Positions 28,718-41,100 of a stretch of 64,000 bases of DNA are shown here, in pieces. The stretch is from a virus. Made by a program: the position numbers and the translations under genes. Below the pieces are notes generated by a model. The model was not told the DNA's origin. It saw nothing but the letters and a program-made list of their open reading frames with translations, and searched no databases. Each line of letters opens with the position of its first letter. Position 1 is the stretch's first letter. The stretch covers positions 1 to 64,000 of the IMG/VR virus record IMGVR_UViG_3300027870_000001; one strand, written 5' to 3'.

Positions 28718-31499
28718 TGGGCTCCAGAACGCTGACCGGCTGATCCGGCTGCCGGTCACCCCGGCGCATCTGGGGGTGCGGGCGTCGCGCGGGCATTGGG
28801 TGTACCCGCGGCATATCCAATATCTGAACGAGTACATGGTCGACTTCCTCCTCGACCCTGATGAGCGGTTCGTGATCATCGAGCTCCCAGTTCGCCACGG
28901 GAAGGAGACGCGGGTCGATGAGCCGGTGCTCACGCCGTCGGGCTGGTCGACGATGGGCGCGCTCCAACCCGGAGACGAGGTGTTCGGCCCCGACGGGCGT
29001 CCGACCGAGGTGCTGTGGCGGTCGCCGGTCAACCGGTCGGCTCCGAAGCTGCGGGTGGCGTTCACGGACGGCACCTCGATCGACGTGCACCCGGCGCATG
29101 AGTGGACGGTGTGGTGCCGAGCGAACCGGAAGTGGCGGACCTACGAGACGCAGCACCTGGCCCGGTTGAAGCTCACCTCGGGGCAGGGCCCGACGGGCAG
29201 GTACCTGTACCAGCTCCCGCAGCGGTCCCCGGTCGAGTTCCCCGACGCCGAACTCCCGGTCGACCCGTGGCTGATTGGCTACTGGATCGGAGACGGCGGC
29301 GCAGAGAACGCCTACCTCACCGCGGGCGGCGACGCCGACGAGATCATCGAGATCCTCACCGCGGTGGGTGAAGCACCGCACATCAGGTTCGCTCACAAGG
29401 CGACGGGCTGCGAGTACCTCCGGGTGCCGACGTTGCGTCGCCGGCTGTGGGAGATCGGCATCCGCGGCGTCAAGAAGATCCCCGAGGTGTGCTGGACGTC
29501 GAGCGTCGCGCAACGCCGGGCGCTGCTCCAGGGGATCGTTGACTCCGACGGGCACGTCGAGCGCGGGTCGGGCCGGGTGCGGGTCGTGGGCCACGACGAG
29601 GCCCTCGTCCGCTCGGTCGCCACCTTGGCCCGCACCCTCGGCCACCGGGCCACGATCTACACCGAGACGGACACCAGGCCCCCGCACCTGATCGTCAACC
29701 GTGACGGCTCGACCCAGATGATCGCCACCGCCGGCACCCGCTGGGTCTGCTCATGGACCCCGACCGATGGCCTCCCCCCGGGCCGGTTGGCCCGCAAGAC
29801 CACCGCCCGACCGGCGCGCCGCCAGGAACGGATCGCCATCGCCTCGATCACCGAGGCCCCCCCGGCGGACGGGGTGTGCATCCAGGTCGATCGGTCCGAC
29901 GGGCTGTTCCTCGTCGGACGGGAGCTGATCCCGACCCACAACTCTTGGTTCATCTCGAAGTACCTGACGGCGTGGCACGTCGGGTGTTGGCCGAACAAGA
30001 ACGTGCTCCTCACCTCGTACAGCGACACCTTGGCCAAGGGGTTCTCCCGCGATGCCCGGATGATCTTGGAGGAGTACGGCCCGGACCTGTTCGGGGTGAA
30101 GGTGCGTGGGGACTCCAGGTCGGTGAACCGGTGGGAGATCGCGGATCACTTCGGTGGGTTCAAGGCCAGCACCCTGTACGGGTCGATCACTGGTGTCGGC
30201 GGCGATCTGATCGTGATCGACGACCCGGTGAAGGACGCGAAGGCGGCGCACTCGGTCAACGCCCGTGAGGCCCTGTGGGAGTGGTACCAGGAAACGCTGC
30301 GTGGCCGTCTGGAGCCGGGCGGGAAGATCATCGTGGTCATGTCCCGCTGGCATGAGGACGACCTCGTCGGTCGGCTTCTGGCCCACTCTGAGTCGGACCC
30401 GGAGGCGGACCAGTGGGAGAGGATCCGGTTGCCGGCGATCGCGGAACCCGGGCCGGATGAGCCCGAGTTCAAGATGCCGATCGAGGTGCTGCGCGAGGTC
30501 GGCTGGACCGACGAGATGGGCCGTCAGGCGGGGGAGGCGTTGTGGCCTGAGCGGTGGCCGGTGAAGCGGCTGCGTCGGATCAAGGCGTCGGTGTCGGCGG
30601 TGTCGTGGGAGTCGAACTATCAGCAGCGTCCGACGGCCCGCGAGGGCGACGTGTTCAAGACGCACAACTGGAAGTACGTGGGGGCTCTGCCGGCGGCGGT
30701 TGGGCCGAAGCGGATGATCCGCCGCTATGACCTCGCTGACGACGGATCCGACTACGCCGCGACGTCGCTGCTCGGCTGGCATGAGGGACGGACCTACATC
30801 ATCGACGTGCGCCGCACGAAAGGCGGGTCGGCGCACGTCCGCCGGTTCTTCCGGGCCGCGGCGGTGGAGGACCGCCAGAAGTATGGGCGTGGCATCGAGC
30901 AGATCATCGAGCAGGAGCCGGGGTCGGCCGGCAAGACGATCGCTGACCAGTACGTGGCGACGGTGTTCGCCGGGTTCCGGGCCAAGAAGCTCACCACCTC
31001 CGGGTCGAAGGAGCTCAACGCGGAGGGCCTCGCCGCCCAGCAGGAAGCCGGCAACGTGTACCTCGTCGGGGTCGGCACCGAAACCGACGGCAGCGTGCGA
31101 CCGGCTCACTGGTGGGACGACTACAAGGAGGAGGCCCGCACCTTCCCCCGTGGCGCGAACGACGACATGATCGACACGTCGTCCCAGGCGTACAACGACC
31201 TCGCCGCACGGCTGACCCAACGGGTGAAGGGCCGCGCGGTGACGAAGGCTGGCGCGTCAGGTCGTGGCGGTGCGGTCACGAAGGCGAAGACGGTCCAGCG
31301 GGGCGCGACCTCCTCGTCGAAGGGCAAGCCGGTGGTGCCGCAGATCGAGGCCGAGGTCGAGGACATGCCGGGCCCGGAGGAGGATGCCCCGGAGGAGTCG
31401 ACGGTGATGCCGTCGGCGCCGGCTGCGCCTCGTCGGACCCCGTTGAAGGGCGGCACCGGGCCGGGTCAGCGGCGGAAGCCACCGAAGAAACGCCGGTAG
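28692..31499 (+). CDS. terL: Terminase large subunit containing an intein
   Basis: PVRHGK|S Walker A split by the intein; ITGVGGDLIVIDDPVKD; VVMSRWHEDDL; YQQRP; FPRGANDDMID. Confidence 0.92.
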   Translation: MTLLLPESDGLQNADRLIRLPVTPAHLGVRASRGHWVYPRHIQYLNEYMVDFLLDPDERFVIIELPVRHGKETRVDEPVLTPSGWSTMGALQPGDEVFGPDGRPTEVLWRSPVNRSAPKLRVAFTDGTSIDVHPAHEWTVWCRANRKWRTYETQHLARLKLTSGQGPTGRYLYQLPQRSPVEFPDAELPVDPWLIGYWIGDGGAENAYLTAGGDADEIIEILTAVGEAPHIRFAHKATGCEYLRVPTLRRRLWEIGIRGVKKIPEVCWTSSVAQRRALLQGIVDSDGHVERGSGRVRVVGHDEALVRSVATLARTLGHRATIYTETDTRPPHLIVNRDGSTQMIATAGTRWVCSWTPTDGLPPGRLARKTTARPARRQERIAIASITEAPPADGVCIQVDRSDGLFLVGRELIPTHNSWFISKYLTAWHVGCWPNKNVLLTSYSDTLAKGFSRDARMILEEYGPDLFGVKVRGDSRSVNRWEIADHFGGFKASTLYGSITGVGGDLIVIDDPVKDAKAAHSVNAREALWEWYQETLRGRLEPGGKIIVVMSRWHEDDLVGRLLAHSESDPEADQWERIRLPAIAEPGPDEPEFKMPIEVLREVGWTDEMGRQAGEALWPERWPVKRLRRIKASVSAVSWESNYQQRPTAREGDVFKTHNWKYVGALPAAVGPKRMIRRYDLADDGSDYAATSLLGWHEGRTYIIDVRRTKGGSAHVRRFFRAAAVEDRQKYGRGIEQIIEQEPGSAGKTIADQYVATVFAGFRAKKLTTSGSKELNAEGLAAQQEAGNVYLVGVGTETDGSVRPAHWWDDYKEEARTFPRGANDDMIDTSSQAYNDLAARLTQRVKGRAVTKAGASGRGGAVTKAKTVQRGATSSSKGKPVVPQIEAEVEDMPGPEEDAPEESTVMPSAPAAPRRTPLKGGTGPGQRRKPPKKRR
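28905..29942 (+). mobile_element. Class 3 intein (346 aa) with LAGLIDADG homing endonuclease
   Basis: Starts ETRVDEPVLTPSGW and ends IPTHN|S; W (HEWTV), C (VCIQV), T (PTHN) triad; LIGYWIGDG and LLQGIVDSDG. Confidence 0.88.
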
Positions 31500-31512
31500 A
31501 CCCCCTCGCCCG

Positions 31513-31534
31513 ACTGTCTCGGATCTGCTACGGT
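31513..31534 (+). promoter_or_regulatory. Dyad promoter element, leaderless ATG 31542
   Basis: ACTGTCTCGGATCTGCTACGGT. Confidence 0.85.
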
Positions 31535-31541
31535 TACGGGT

Positions 31542-33091
31542 ATGGACGAACCCACAGCAACCATCACAGCCCCACCCGACGACCCCCGGACGGTCATCGC
31601 CCTCGCCATCAACGATGACGACAGCGCCGGCCTCTCCGGGTTCGAGCTCACCCCCGACGAGGTAGCCGACGAGATCCTCGACCGGCTCACCAACGCCGGG
31701 TACACGATCCACCCGACCCCCCGGCTCCACACGGCCCGCGAGCTGCTCGCCAACATGGGGATCACCAACCCCGAGGTGCTCACCGACACCGACGGCGCCG
31801 GCTGGGACTTCGACCGGCCCGCTGCCATCGCCCCCGCCTGGTCGGCCGACGACGGCGGGCTCCGGGTCTGGTGCGGCGGGCAGGCCCTGTTCACCCTCAC
31901 CTGGCTCCAGGCCGACGGCCACCGAGCCAACCGTTCCCACGCCTACATCGTGATCGACACCCGCGACCTCGACGCCTGGCAGGCAGCCCGCCGAGCCGGT
32001 TCCACCCCGACCGGGGCGTGCCCGTCGCCCCGCATCCGCCTCGCCCAGGCCGGGTGACCCGATGGCCAAGCTCACTCGCACCCAGGTGGCCGAGCTGCGC
32101 GCCATCCTCGCCGGGGCCGAAGCCGCCGACGACGACATCAACCGGCCCGATGTGGTCCTCATGGCCGTGAAGCCGACGGCGACCACCACCCTCGACGTGA
32201 CCCTGCCCGACGGTCGGGTCGTCACCGAGGTGGCCAAGCATTCCCGCCCGTTCGTTCGCCTCGACGCCGCCACCACGGCCCTGGCCCGATTCATCGTGGA
32301 GCACTCATGACCCTGATCCTTGACCGCAAGAACCGTGACCCCGAACAGGTCCGGGAGTTCATGCCCGGCTACCTCGCTGCCCGCAACGAGCTCGGCGCGG
32401 CGCCCGGTGCTCTGGTGTACGACGCTGACCTCAAGGGCCGGATCCCCGGGATCGAAGGCCCCGACGAGGAAACAGCGATCTACTACCTCCAGACCCTCCA
32501 CAAGCTCGACGCGCTCCAGGTCCAGATCGACGAGTACCTGGCCGAAGGCGGGGAGGTGATCACCCACCTCGACGAGCCGACGAAGTTCCGGTCGATCGTC
32601 CGCTACGGCTGGTACGTGGGCGGCACCGGCTGGCAGGAGTGGTCCGGTGCCCGGCTGTGCCCGAACAGCAAGGGTGTCCCGTCGTTCGTGCTCCCCAAGG
32701 GGAGCCGCACCCGCGGCCACTCCATCGACGGATCCAAGGTCATGGTGAAGCGATGACTCGTCGGCACGTCGACCACGACAGGGTCGGGACCACGACGCAC
32801 CGGGCCACCGCGTACCGGTGGGACCCGGACCAGGACGACAACGAGGAGATCGCCGAGGCCGAACACTCCGATCTCGACAGCACCAAGGCCCTGGTCCTGG
32901 CCAACGCCCCGGCTGCCGAGTCGGTGCTCATCTACCGGGGCACCTACGAGTGGGACCCGGATCTTGACCACCACGAGGAAGGCGGCGCGGTCCGCTGGGT
33001 TACCTGGGTCCAGGACACCCACTGGTTCTGCAACGGGTATCCGACCGACGATCCGCTGGCGCCGTGGACGTGGGAGGAGGACCGGTGGTGA
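31542..33091 (+). other. Operon of four hypothetical genes (31542-32057, 32062-32310, 32307-32756, 32753-33091)
   Basis: Coupled ORFs between two promoter elements. Confidence 0.6.
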
Positions 33092-33102
33092 CCACCTCGC
33101 AC

Positions 33103-33125
33103 ACTGTCACCCCTCGTGCTACAGT
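33103..33125 (+). promoter_or_regulatory. Dyad promoter element, leaderless ATG 33133
   Basis: ACTGTCACCCCTCGTGCTACAGT. Confidence 0.85.
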
Positions 33126-33132
33126 CACGGGC

Positions 33133-36100
33133 ATGGACGAACCTGAGACACCCACCACCCACCCGGCCCGCATGTACGCCCGGCTCACCGACGGATCAGA
33201 CGGCTGCTCCGCCGGCACCGCCATGGCCGAGACTGCCCTGTGCAGCGAGTGCATCACCCTCAACGAACACAACGGGGCGCTCGACACCGAAGGGCTGGTC
33301 GACTGCACCGGCAACGAGGCCCTGGAGTGCCAGAACTGCGGCCGGCACGACGCTGACGTCGCCGCCGAACCCGACGCCTCGACCTGGGCGGTGCCGCCCG
33401 AAGGCTGGCACCTCAAGCCCGGCCCCGAAGGCGGCGCGAACATCTACCACGACGGGGCCCTCGTCGCGGTCGTCACCGAAGCCCCAGCGGGTCGGGTCCT
33501 CGTGACCCAGACCATCATCGGCGGCGAGGAGCGGCCCCCCTGCGAGTACCGGGAGTACCGGGCCTCGGGGGTCGTGGTCACCCGCGACGCCTGGACCGTG
33601 TTCGCCGCCGAGCTGACGGTCCGCCCCGCAACGACAGCGACGGTCAGGCTGTGAACGCCGTCAACGCCGCCCTGCCGTCCCCGCGAGGGCGGGGCGAGTT
33701 CCGCACCCGCACCTGGACCGCGAACGGTCCTGGAGCATCTGGGCGCACCTACGTGACGCTCCAGTACATGGCCGCACCCGACCACCCGGGCTACGGGGTC
33801 TGGGAGGACGTGACCACGTTCATCTCGCTCGACGCTGCCCACGAGTTCATCGAGAACCCACCGTCGTGGTGGACCAACCCCAACAGCGACGAGGTGCCCG
33901 ATGCCTGAGTTCCAGGTCACCCTCAACGAGCGGATCACCGCCGACACCTACGAGGAGGCCCGAGCTCAGATGGCCGGGCTGCTCTCCTCCGGTGGCCTGA
34001 TCGACTGCACCCTCGCCCCCGTCGATGCCCTCCCCGTCTGGCCCGCCGAACGCCGCCTCGCCTACAGGCTGTGGCAGGTCCGGTACAACGAGGTCGGCCA
34101 CCAGACCTTCGACATGCTGGCCCAGTTCGTGATCAGTGTCCTGGAGCTGGAGTTCACCGGGTACACGGTCATGGACCTCCGTGACGAGCTCGACTGGGCC
34201 ATCCGCGACGCCGGCCCTCGGCCTCTCGCGGACGACTTCGCGTTCCGTGCCTGGTGCGAAGGGATCACCGACACCGTGGTCCGCGCCCTGCGGGTCGCCC
34301 AAGCCGAACACACCGGAGGGACGTGATGGTCGACGAGAGTGAACGCATCTGGTGGGCCACGTGCACTCCACCACCACCCGACGACGACCCGGTCCCCGGT
34401 GGGGTGGCGTGGACGAAGTGGCGCCAAGACCTCATGGCCGCGGTCGTCGACCAGCTCGACCGCGACGCCGAAACCCGCCCCGACCCGACGACCAGGATCT
34501 GGCAGTTCGGGTCGTTCCTCCCGTCGCCCGGCTGCGACCCCGACGACAACACGATCCTCGCCCTCACCACGATCAGAGCCAACCCCAACAACGAAACGAG
34601 CACCTGATGCCCGACTACCACGTGATCCTGTCCGAACGGGTCACCGCCGACGACGAGGCCGAGGCCATCGACGAGATGCGCGCCATCATCGACCGCGGTG
34701 TCCCCGACAGCGACTTCACCGTCGACGTCGACCCCGCCGACCCGGCGTCCCCGACGTCGCTCGCCATCCTGGTCGCGACCCTCGCCGCCTGGCCGACGAG
34801 CGGCGACCAGACCGCCCGGGTCCAGTGGCTCACCGAAGCCAACCGGGCCATCGAACGGCAGCTTTGCCTCGCCGCCTTGGAAGCGATCGCGGCGCTCACC
34901 CCGGCCCGGTTCCTCCAGGTCGAGGACTCGGACCAGACCCTCGGGGAGCTGGCCTGGTACGGGTTCACCGACGGGGCCGAGCTCGACCGGGACGACGGCG
35001 ACGAACGCGACGCCGACGACGAGGTCGTCGACGAGGTCCGGGAGCTGATCGTGTGGTGCAATGACGGCACCCGCGACACGTGGCTCCCGTTCTTCCAAGG
35101 CCGGTCGTCGCGGCGTGAAGGGAACCGGGGGCTCATCGACCTCGGCAAGATCAGGGAGCGCACAGCATGAAGGAGTACCGAGACGTGAAGACCCGGTGCC
35201 CGCACGGCTGCCGAGGTGACCTCGACAACGCGACGGGCCAAGCGGACTTCGTGACCTGCACCGTGTGCGGTGACGAGTGGACCCCGGAGCTGGTCGACTG
35301 GCTCCTCAGCCCGTCCCAGGCCGAGGCCCTCGCGATCCTCGTTCACCAGACCGAACGGCGCGGCAGGTACGCCTGCTGGCCGACGAACAAGAACGACGCG
35401 GAGGTCGGGGCGGTGGCCACCGGGTCGGTCGGGGTGCTCGCCGCGTCCGAGCTGGCCAAGCCCGGCAACGCCGGCTACTGGATGGCCACCGACCTCGGGA
35501 TCGCGGTCCACCAAGCGAGGGCAGCATGAACGACGTGCCGGCTGTGGCGGTGACCCGAACCTTCGACCAGACCATGGCCGCGGTGTCGGGGCTCGCCGGG
35601 CCACTCATCGACCCGACCCGGTTCGGGCACCCCAACGACCTGACCGCCCCCACCACCTACCCGCAGCCCGACACCTGGCGCGACCCGATCGAGTTCGACA
35701 GCGAGGTCCGAGCGATGCGCGCCTGGGCCAAGCCCCTCGTCGCCGCCATCCAGTACCGGACCATGGACTACAGCCGCCAGACCGGCCCACCCCCAGCCAC
35801 CGGCGCCTGGTCGTTCCACCTCGACCCGTGGGCGATGACCGTCGTCTCGGTCGAGGCGATGTTCCTGTCGACCAGCCAAGCCTCCGTCGCTGACCATCCG
35901 AACCCCGACGCCTTCGCCACGGTGACGGTGTCGCAGCACGCCTCGCTCCTCCGGGCATGGGCCTACCGCACCGGCCCACCCGACGCCCCTGGCCCCGAGG
36001 CGGAACGGGCCCTGTACCTGGAGATTTGGGAGGCGATCAACCGCATCGAGTCCCATGAGCGCATGGAGCACTTCAAGGTGTACGGGGTCCCGGTGTTCGA

Positions 36101-36741
36101 CCCTCACCCGTCCGGTTCGTCGTCGCCGGCCCCGTGGCACCCATGACCGGCTGGCAGCTCCCCGGGCTCCCCCAGCTCCGCACCTGGGTCGACGACGAGT
36201 TGGAGCGCCTCTCGGACGAGCTGTACGTGCCGCTGGCCGAAGGTGTCGAGGGCCGGCTCGACGACCAGGGCCGGTACCTCGTGCTGATCGGGATCCGGGC
36301 CACGACCCCTCGGGTGCCGGGCGCGGTCGGCCGCTACCTCGACGGTCTGCCACGGGACTGGCCGGTCATGGTGCCGTACGTCATCAACCCGCGGCTCGCG
36401 GGGATGCTGGAGCGCCGCGGGTTCTTCGAGCTCGACCGGGGCGACGGCGTCTGGGTTCGGCCGTGAAGATGACCTCGGACGACGTCGCCTACCGGGAGAA
36501 GATCCGCGACCGGATCCGTCGCCGCCGGCCGGGGATCAGCTCGCAGCAGATGGCGGTCACCGCCCGTGCGTTGCAGCTCCTCCTCCAAGACGCGGACGAG
36601 GCGACGGCGTTGCGGGCCGAGGTCGCCTGGTATCGGGCCAGGTTGGAGCGGGGTGCGTGGATGCCCGATGGGATGCCGCTCCCCACGGACCCGCCTGAGC
36701 CGCCGCCGTCGGGGGACACCCGACCCCGGATGGTCCTCTGA
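33133..36741 (+). other. Operon of nine hypothetical genes (33133-33654, 33651-33908, 33901-34326, 34326-34607, 34607-35170, 35167-35529, 35526-36146, 36143-36466, 36463-36741)
   Basis: Continuous chain of overlapping start/stop codons. Confidence 0.6.
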
Positions 36742-36755
36742 CCCCGCCTTGCCTC

Positions 36756-36777
36756 ACTGTCTCGGATCAGCTACAGT
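36756..36777 (+). promoter_or_regulatory. Dyad promoter element, -35 TTGCCT, leaderless ATG 36785
   Basis: ACTGTCTCGGATCAGCTACAGT. Confidence 0.88.
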
Positions 36778-36784
36778 TCCAGCC

Positions 36785-37015
36785 ATGTACGCATCGCACC
36801 TGAACTTCGGAACCGACACCCTGATCGACGTCCCCCAAGACGCCCGCACCGGCCCAGCCGAACACGTCATGATCGTCCAGATCATCGACGGCCCCTACCG
36901 AGGCGAGATCGTCGCCACCGTCGGCATCAACGACGAGGCCCTCTACTGCGTCGACCCCACCAAGACCGACGACCAGCTCGACATCGCCTGCTCCGCCCTG
37001 ATCCAAGGGTTCTGA
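36785..37015 (+). CDS. Hypothetical protein
   Basis: Leaderless ORF. Confidence 0.6.
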   Translation: MYASHLNFGTDTLIDVPQDARTGPAEHVMIVQIIDGPYRGEIVATVGINDEALYCVDPTKTDDQLDIACSALIQGF

Positions 37016-37019
37016 CCCC

Positions 37020-37535
37020 ATGGACGAGGTGCGGGCCATCACCCTCAAGCAGCCGTGGGGATGGGCCATCACCCACGCCGGGAAGCGGATCGAGAACCGA
37101 CCGACCCTGTGGAAGTACCGGGGCATCCTTCTCATCCACGTCGGGGCCGGCTGGGACACCGACGGCCAACGCGACCAGCGAGTCCTGGAGGCGTTCCAGG
37201 CCCAACGGCCCGGCGAACGATGCTGGCCATCGAGCTTCACGTCGTCCGCGATCGTGGCCCGCAGCCGCCTGGTCGACGTCCACCACGCGACCGCCCGCTG
37301 CTACATGGGCGGCTGCGCCCCGTGGGGAGCGATGTACCCGAAGGCCACCCACCTCGTGCTGGCCGACCTGGAGGTGCTGCCCGTGCCGATCAGGTGGCGG
37401 CAGGGAGCCCTCGGACTCTGGCGTCCACCCCCACACCTGATCGCCGCGGTCGACCGCGACCTCGCCGGCTCGCTGGAGGAGTACGCCGACGAGGTCGCGG
37501 CCCGGCGCGCCGAACTCCAGGAGCCGGGATCGTGA
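37020..37535 (+). CDS. ASCH domain protein
   Basis: AITLKQPWGWAI...KRIENR...YRG.LLIH.G; GALGLW. Confidence 0.8.
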   Translation: MDEVRAITLKQPWGWAITHAGKRIENRPTLWKYRGILLIHVGAGWDTDGQRDQRVLEAFQAQRPGERCWPSSFTSSAIVARSRLVDVHHATARCYMGGCAPWGAMYPKATHLVLADLEVLPVPIRWRQGALGLWRPPPHLIAAVDRDLAGSLEEYADEVAARRAELQEPGS

Positions 37536-37713
37536 GCGGTGACGGGTGGCGGTGCCGGCGTTGTGGCTCGGCCCGCTGGGTCCAGGTGTCGCTCACCGGC
37601 CCCGTCTCGATGGGCGGCAAGCCGATCGCCCAGTGCGTGCCGTGCGGCGCCTACGGCGACCTCCCCAAGGCCGAGCCCGAGCCGACGACCGTCTGGACGG
37701 AGCCGACATCGTG

Positions 37714-38115
37714 ATGCACCTCGTCGCCCTCGACGGCTACCCGACCACCGACCGGCGCACCCTCCACGTGGCACGGGTCGACGGCTACGAGGTGCCGGTC
37801 CTCCGAGCCCCTGGACCCGACACGCCCCGCGGCCACCAGGGCGCGGAGCGGATCGGGCGCGCCACGATCACCCGGCACGACCGGAAGACCGGGCTCCACT
37901 GGTCCCGGGCGGAGCTGTGGGCGGAGACGTTCGTCGCCGTGCCCCCGGGCTGGTGGCTGTCCCCGTCGATCGCCGGCACGTTCCAAGGCGTCGAGGTCGA
38001 GGATGCCCCCCTGGCGATCTGCGTCCTGGGTGCGAAAGTCCAGGGGCTCACCCTCGCCCCCGTGTCGTCGTGGCCGTGGCCATGCGAACCGCCACCCGTG
38101 ACCCCTCCGTCCTGA
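37714..38115 (+). CDS. Hypothetical protein
   Basis: Coupled ORF. Confidence 0.5.
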   Translation: MHLVALDGYPTTDRRTLHVARVDGYEVPVLRAPGPDTPRGHQGAERIGRATITRHDRKTGLHWSRAELWAETFVAVPPGWWLSPSIAGTFQGVEVEDAPLAICVLGAKVQGLTLAPVSSWPWPCEPPPVTPPS

Positions 38116-38136
38116 CCGTCTCGGATCGGCTACAGT
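38115..38136 (+). promoter_or_regulatory. Dyad promoter element, leadered (ATG 38173)
   Basis: ACCGTCTCGGATCGGCTACAGT. Confidence 0.85.
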
Positions 38137-38161
38137 AAGCCGTTCCTCCCAGTCCCAACCT

Positions 38162-38188
38162 GGAGCCCCAACATGACCGACCTGCCCC
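38162..38188 (+). repeat. 27-bp start-associated repeat (also at 49122-49148 and 52379-52405)
   Basis: GGAGCCCCAACATGACCGACCTGCCCC, three exact copies. Confidence 0.85.
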
Positions 38189-41100
38189 ACCCGTTCGACG
38201 CCATCGCCCTCGGTGCCGCCGAGTACGGATCGCTCACCGGCCGCGACCTCGCCGCCGCCTACGGCTCGGAGACGGTGAACAACGCCCGAGCCGTGCTGCC
38301 CTTCGGCAGCGTCCGGTCCTACGTCGCGGCGTACTCGATGCTCAGCGAGGTGATCGCCGCCCTGCTCGCCGCTGACCCCGAGGAGGACACCGACGAGGAC
38401 GTGCGCGACATGGTGCTGCGCCGCACCCTCGCGGAAGCGGTCGTGTCGGCTCTGCCCCGCGACGTCCACGCCGACATGGGCGCGGCCCCCGGCCCGTGGG
38501 AATCGTGGCTCCTCGTCGACCGGGACGGCGAGGTGACCGGCGACGAGTTCCTCAACGAGTGGACGGGTGACCGGTCCTGGGAGTCGACCCTGGCCATGTA
38601 CTCGATGCTCGGCTACCAAGGGTTCCGGCACCGGCACGAGGTGCCGGTCACGTCGACGCGGCTCAAGGTGATGATCGCGGACGGCACCGTGCCCCTCGTG
38701 CCGCTCCCCACGATGGTGCAGGACCGCCAGGATCGCTCCGAGACGCCCTCCGAGCCTGTCCCGCCCCATCCGCCCCACGACGGGGCCGGCGCCCCTGAGG
38801 TCGAGTCGCTCGACGACGTCCTCACCAACGGCCGGATCCCCGACATCGAGATCCTCGGCCCCCACCACGATCAGGCCATCATCGACGACCCGCTCCTCGG
38901 AGAAGCCCGGCCGTGACCTACAGCCACGCCCCCGGCCTCGGGATCCGTCTCGCCCAGATGGCGGAGCGTGCCTCGGTCCCTGGCCACCAGCTCACCCTCG
39001 TCCCCGAAGACCCACCCGAGCTGCACAACGCGACCACCTACGGGACCGTCGTCCACACCGCCGAGCTCGAAGACGGCGTCGGCAACCCAGTGGTCGTCGA
39101 AGCCCTCACCGAGATCCGAGGCGAGTGGCCGAACCCGTGGATCCGGGCCACGTGCTCATGCGGCTGGTCCGCCACCCGCCGCGACCGGTTCACGATCGAG
39201 GAGAACGCGATCCACCACTGGCGCACCCACCACCTCAACCCCACCCTCGCTACGGAGGCCACCCCAACATGACCGACCTGCACCTCGTCGAAGCCCCACC
39301 CGGGCTCCCCGAAGTCGACCGCCTGGTCGACCTGCCCCACCCCGACCCCGAGATCCCGGCGTCGCTGCTGTTCCGGTTCTGGCCCGCCGGCCAAGCCTGG
39401 GCCCGCCGCCTCCCCGGCGACGACGACCGGTACGTCGCCGTGGTCCCGAAGCTCTACACGTGGGCGCTCATCGTCGGCACCGTCAACGACGAGTCCGGGT
39501 TCCGTGACCGCTGGTGCTACGAGGGGCTCCTCTCCGCGGTGCTCGCCGCCTCAGTGTGGGACGGGCGGGGCGAACCTGACGGCTGGCACCGCCACCCCGC
39601 CACCGGCCGACGCCGCACCCACGGCGACCCGACCACGGAGTACATCGCACCATGACCGACCCCCAGACCCAAGTCGAACTGTGGTCCCTCGACCCCACCT
39701 ACGGGCAGCCCGTGTGGAACGGCGGCGGCGAGGCCCCGTACTCATTCCGCGAAGCCAACTCGCCCTGCTCCGACGGCGACGAGGAGGTCCCGGCCAACGA
39801 GTGGATCGTCGAACGTGACGAGGACGGGCACCTCATGGCCGTCTGCTACTCCGAGGACGACGCAGCCCAGATCACCGCCATGCTGTGCCGGGCGCTCGGA
39901 CCTCAACCAGGCCACGACCTGCTCGACGAGGGCCCGACGTGACCGCGCTGCTCATCGTCAGAGACGACCTGCACACCGTCAGGATCTTCAACGCCCCCGA
40001 GGACATCAACCTCGCCTACGCGTTCTGCACCCAGACCGACGACCCGGACGGTCCGCTCACCCGCCGCGACGACTGGGATCACGAGATCCGGTACCGCGAG
40101 ACGTGGGATCTGGCGCTCCGCCTCACCGACCCCACCGCCGAGATCGACCTCGTGTTCACCGAAGGACCCGAGCGATGGCACGTGGACCGGTTCCGCATCG
40201 TCCCGGTGTTCGGCGTGTGGTCCCACCCGATCAACGTCGCTCGCACCCCCGGCGACGAGTTGGCCATCACGATCAGCGGCCCCGACATCTCGTGGAGAAA
40301 CCTCCACGATGGATGACGACGACGACTACGACGACGTGGACCCGGAGGTGTACGTCTGCCACACCTCCTCGAAGGAGACGGTCCTCGACTTCCTCGGGTT
40401 CCTCGTCGACGACGGCACCCAGCTCGACCTGCTCCCCCTGGAGATCACCCCCGGCTGGGCCCGCACCCCGATGGGCCTCCCCCGCCCCCGGTCGGTGCCC
40501 GACGGTCGGCTCCCTGTCCCGTACGTGGCGTCCGACGTCGACAACCTGGGGCAGACCTCCGCCGAGCGCCTGTACCTGTGCGTGATCGACGGCCGCTGCC
40601 AGGTGTGCGGCCGGAAGTTCGACGAGGGCGAGGACGCGCTGGTCGCCGCAGCGTTCGGGCACCGGATCGTGATCGACGGTGCGGCGATCCATCCGGTCGG
40701 GTGCTGGCCGTTGGCGCTCAAGCATTGCCCGCACCTCCAAGGGATCCACGAGAGCGGCGCGTTGCTGGTGTGGATCCAGCCGATCTCCGACTACAAGATC
40801 GACGTGGTCGAGGTCGACGGTCGCCGCCTGGAGGGCTACGCGTGTCCGCCGTTCGAGAAGGGCAACATGTACCTGAACGACAGGATCCGTGAGCTGCTCG
40901 CAGCGGAGGGAGAACCGGGATGACGATCTGGGGTGGCCTGTACGTCGCCGGGTTCATCGGCTTGGCGATCGCCCGGTGGGGCCGGCACCGGTGGCAGCAC
41001 CGGGTCGGTGTGGCCATGGTGACGGTGATGCTCGCCGCTGACGTGGCCGGCACGGTGGCCACCCCGACGTGTCTCGGGTCGATCTTCCTGTTCGCCATGG

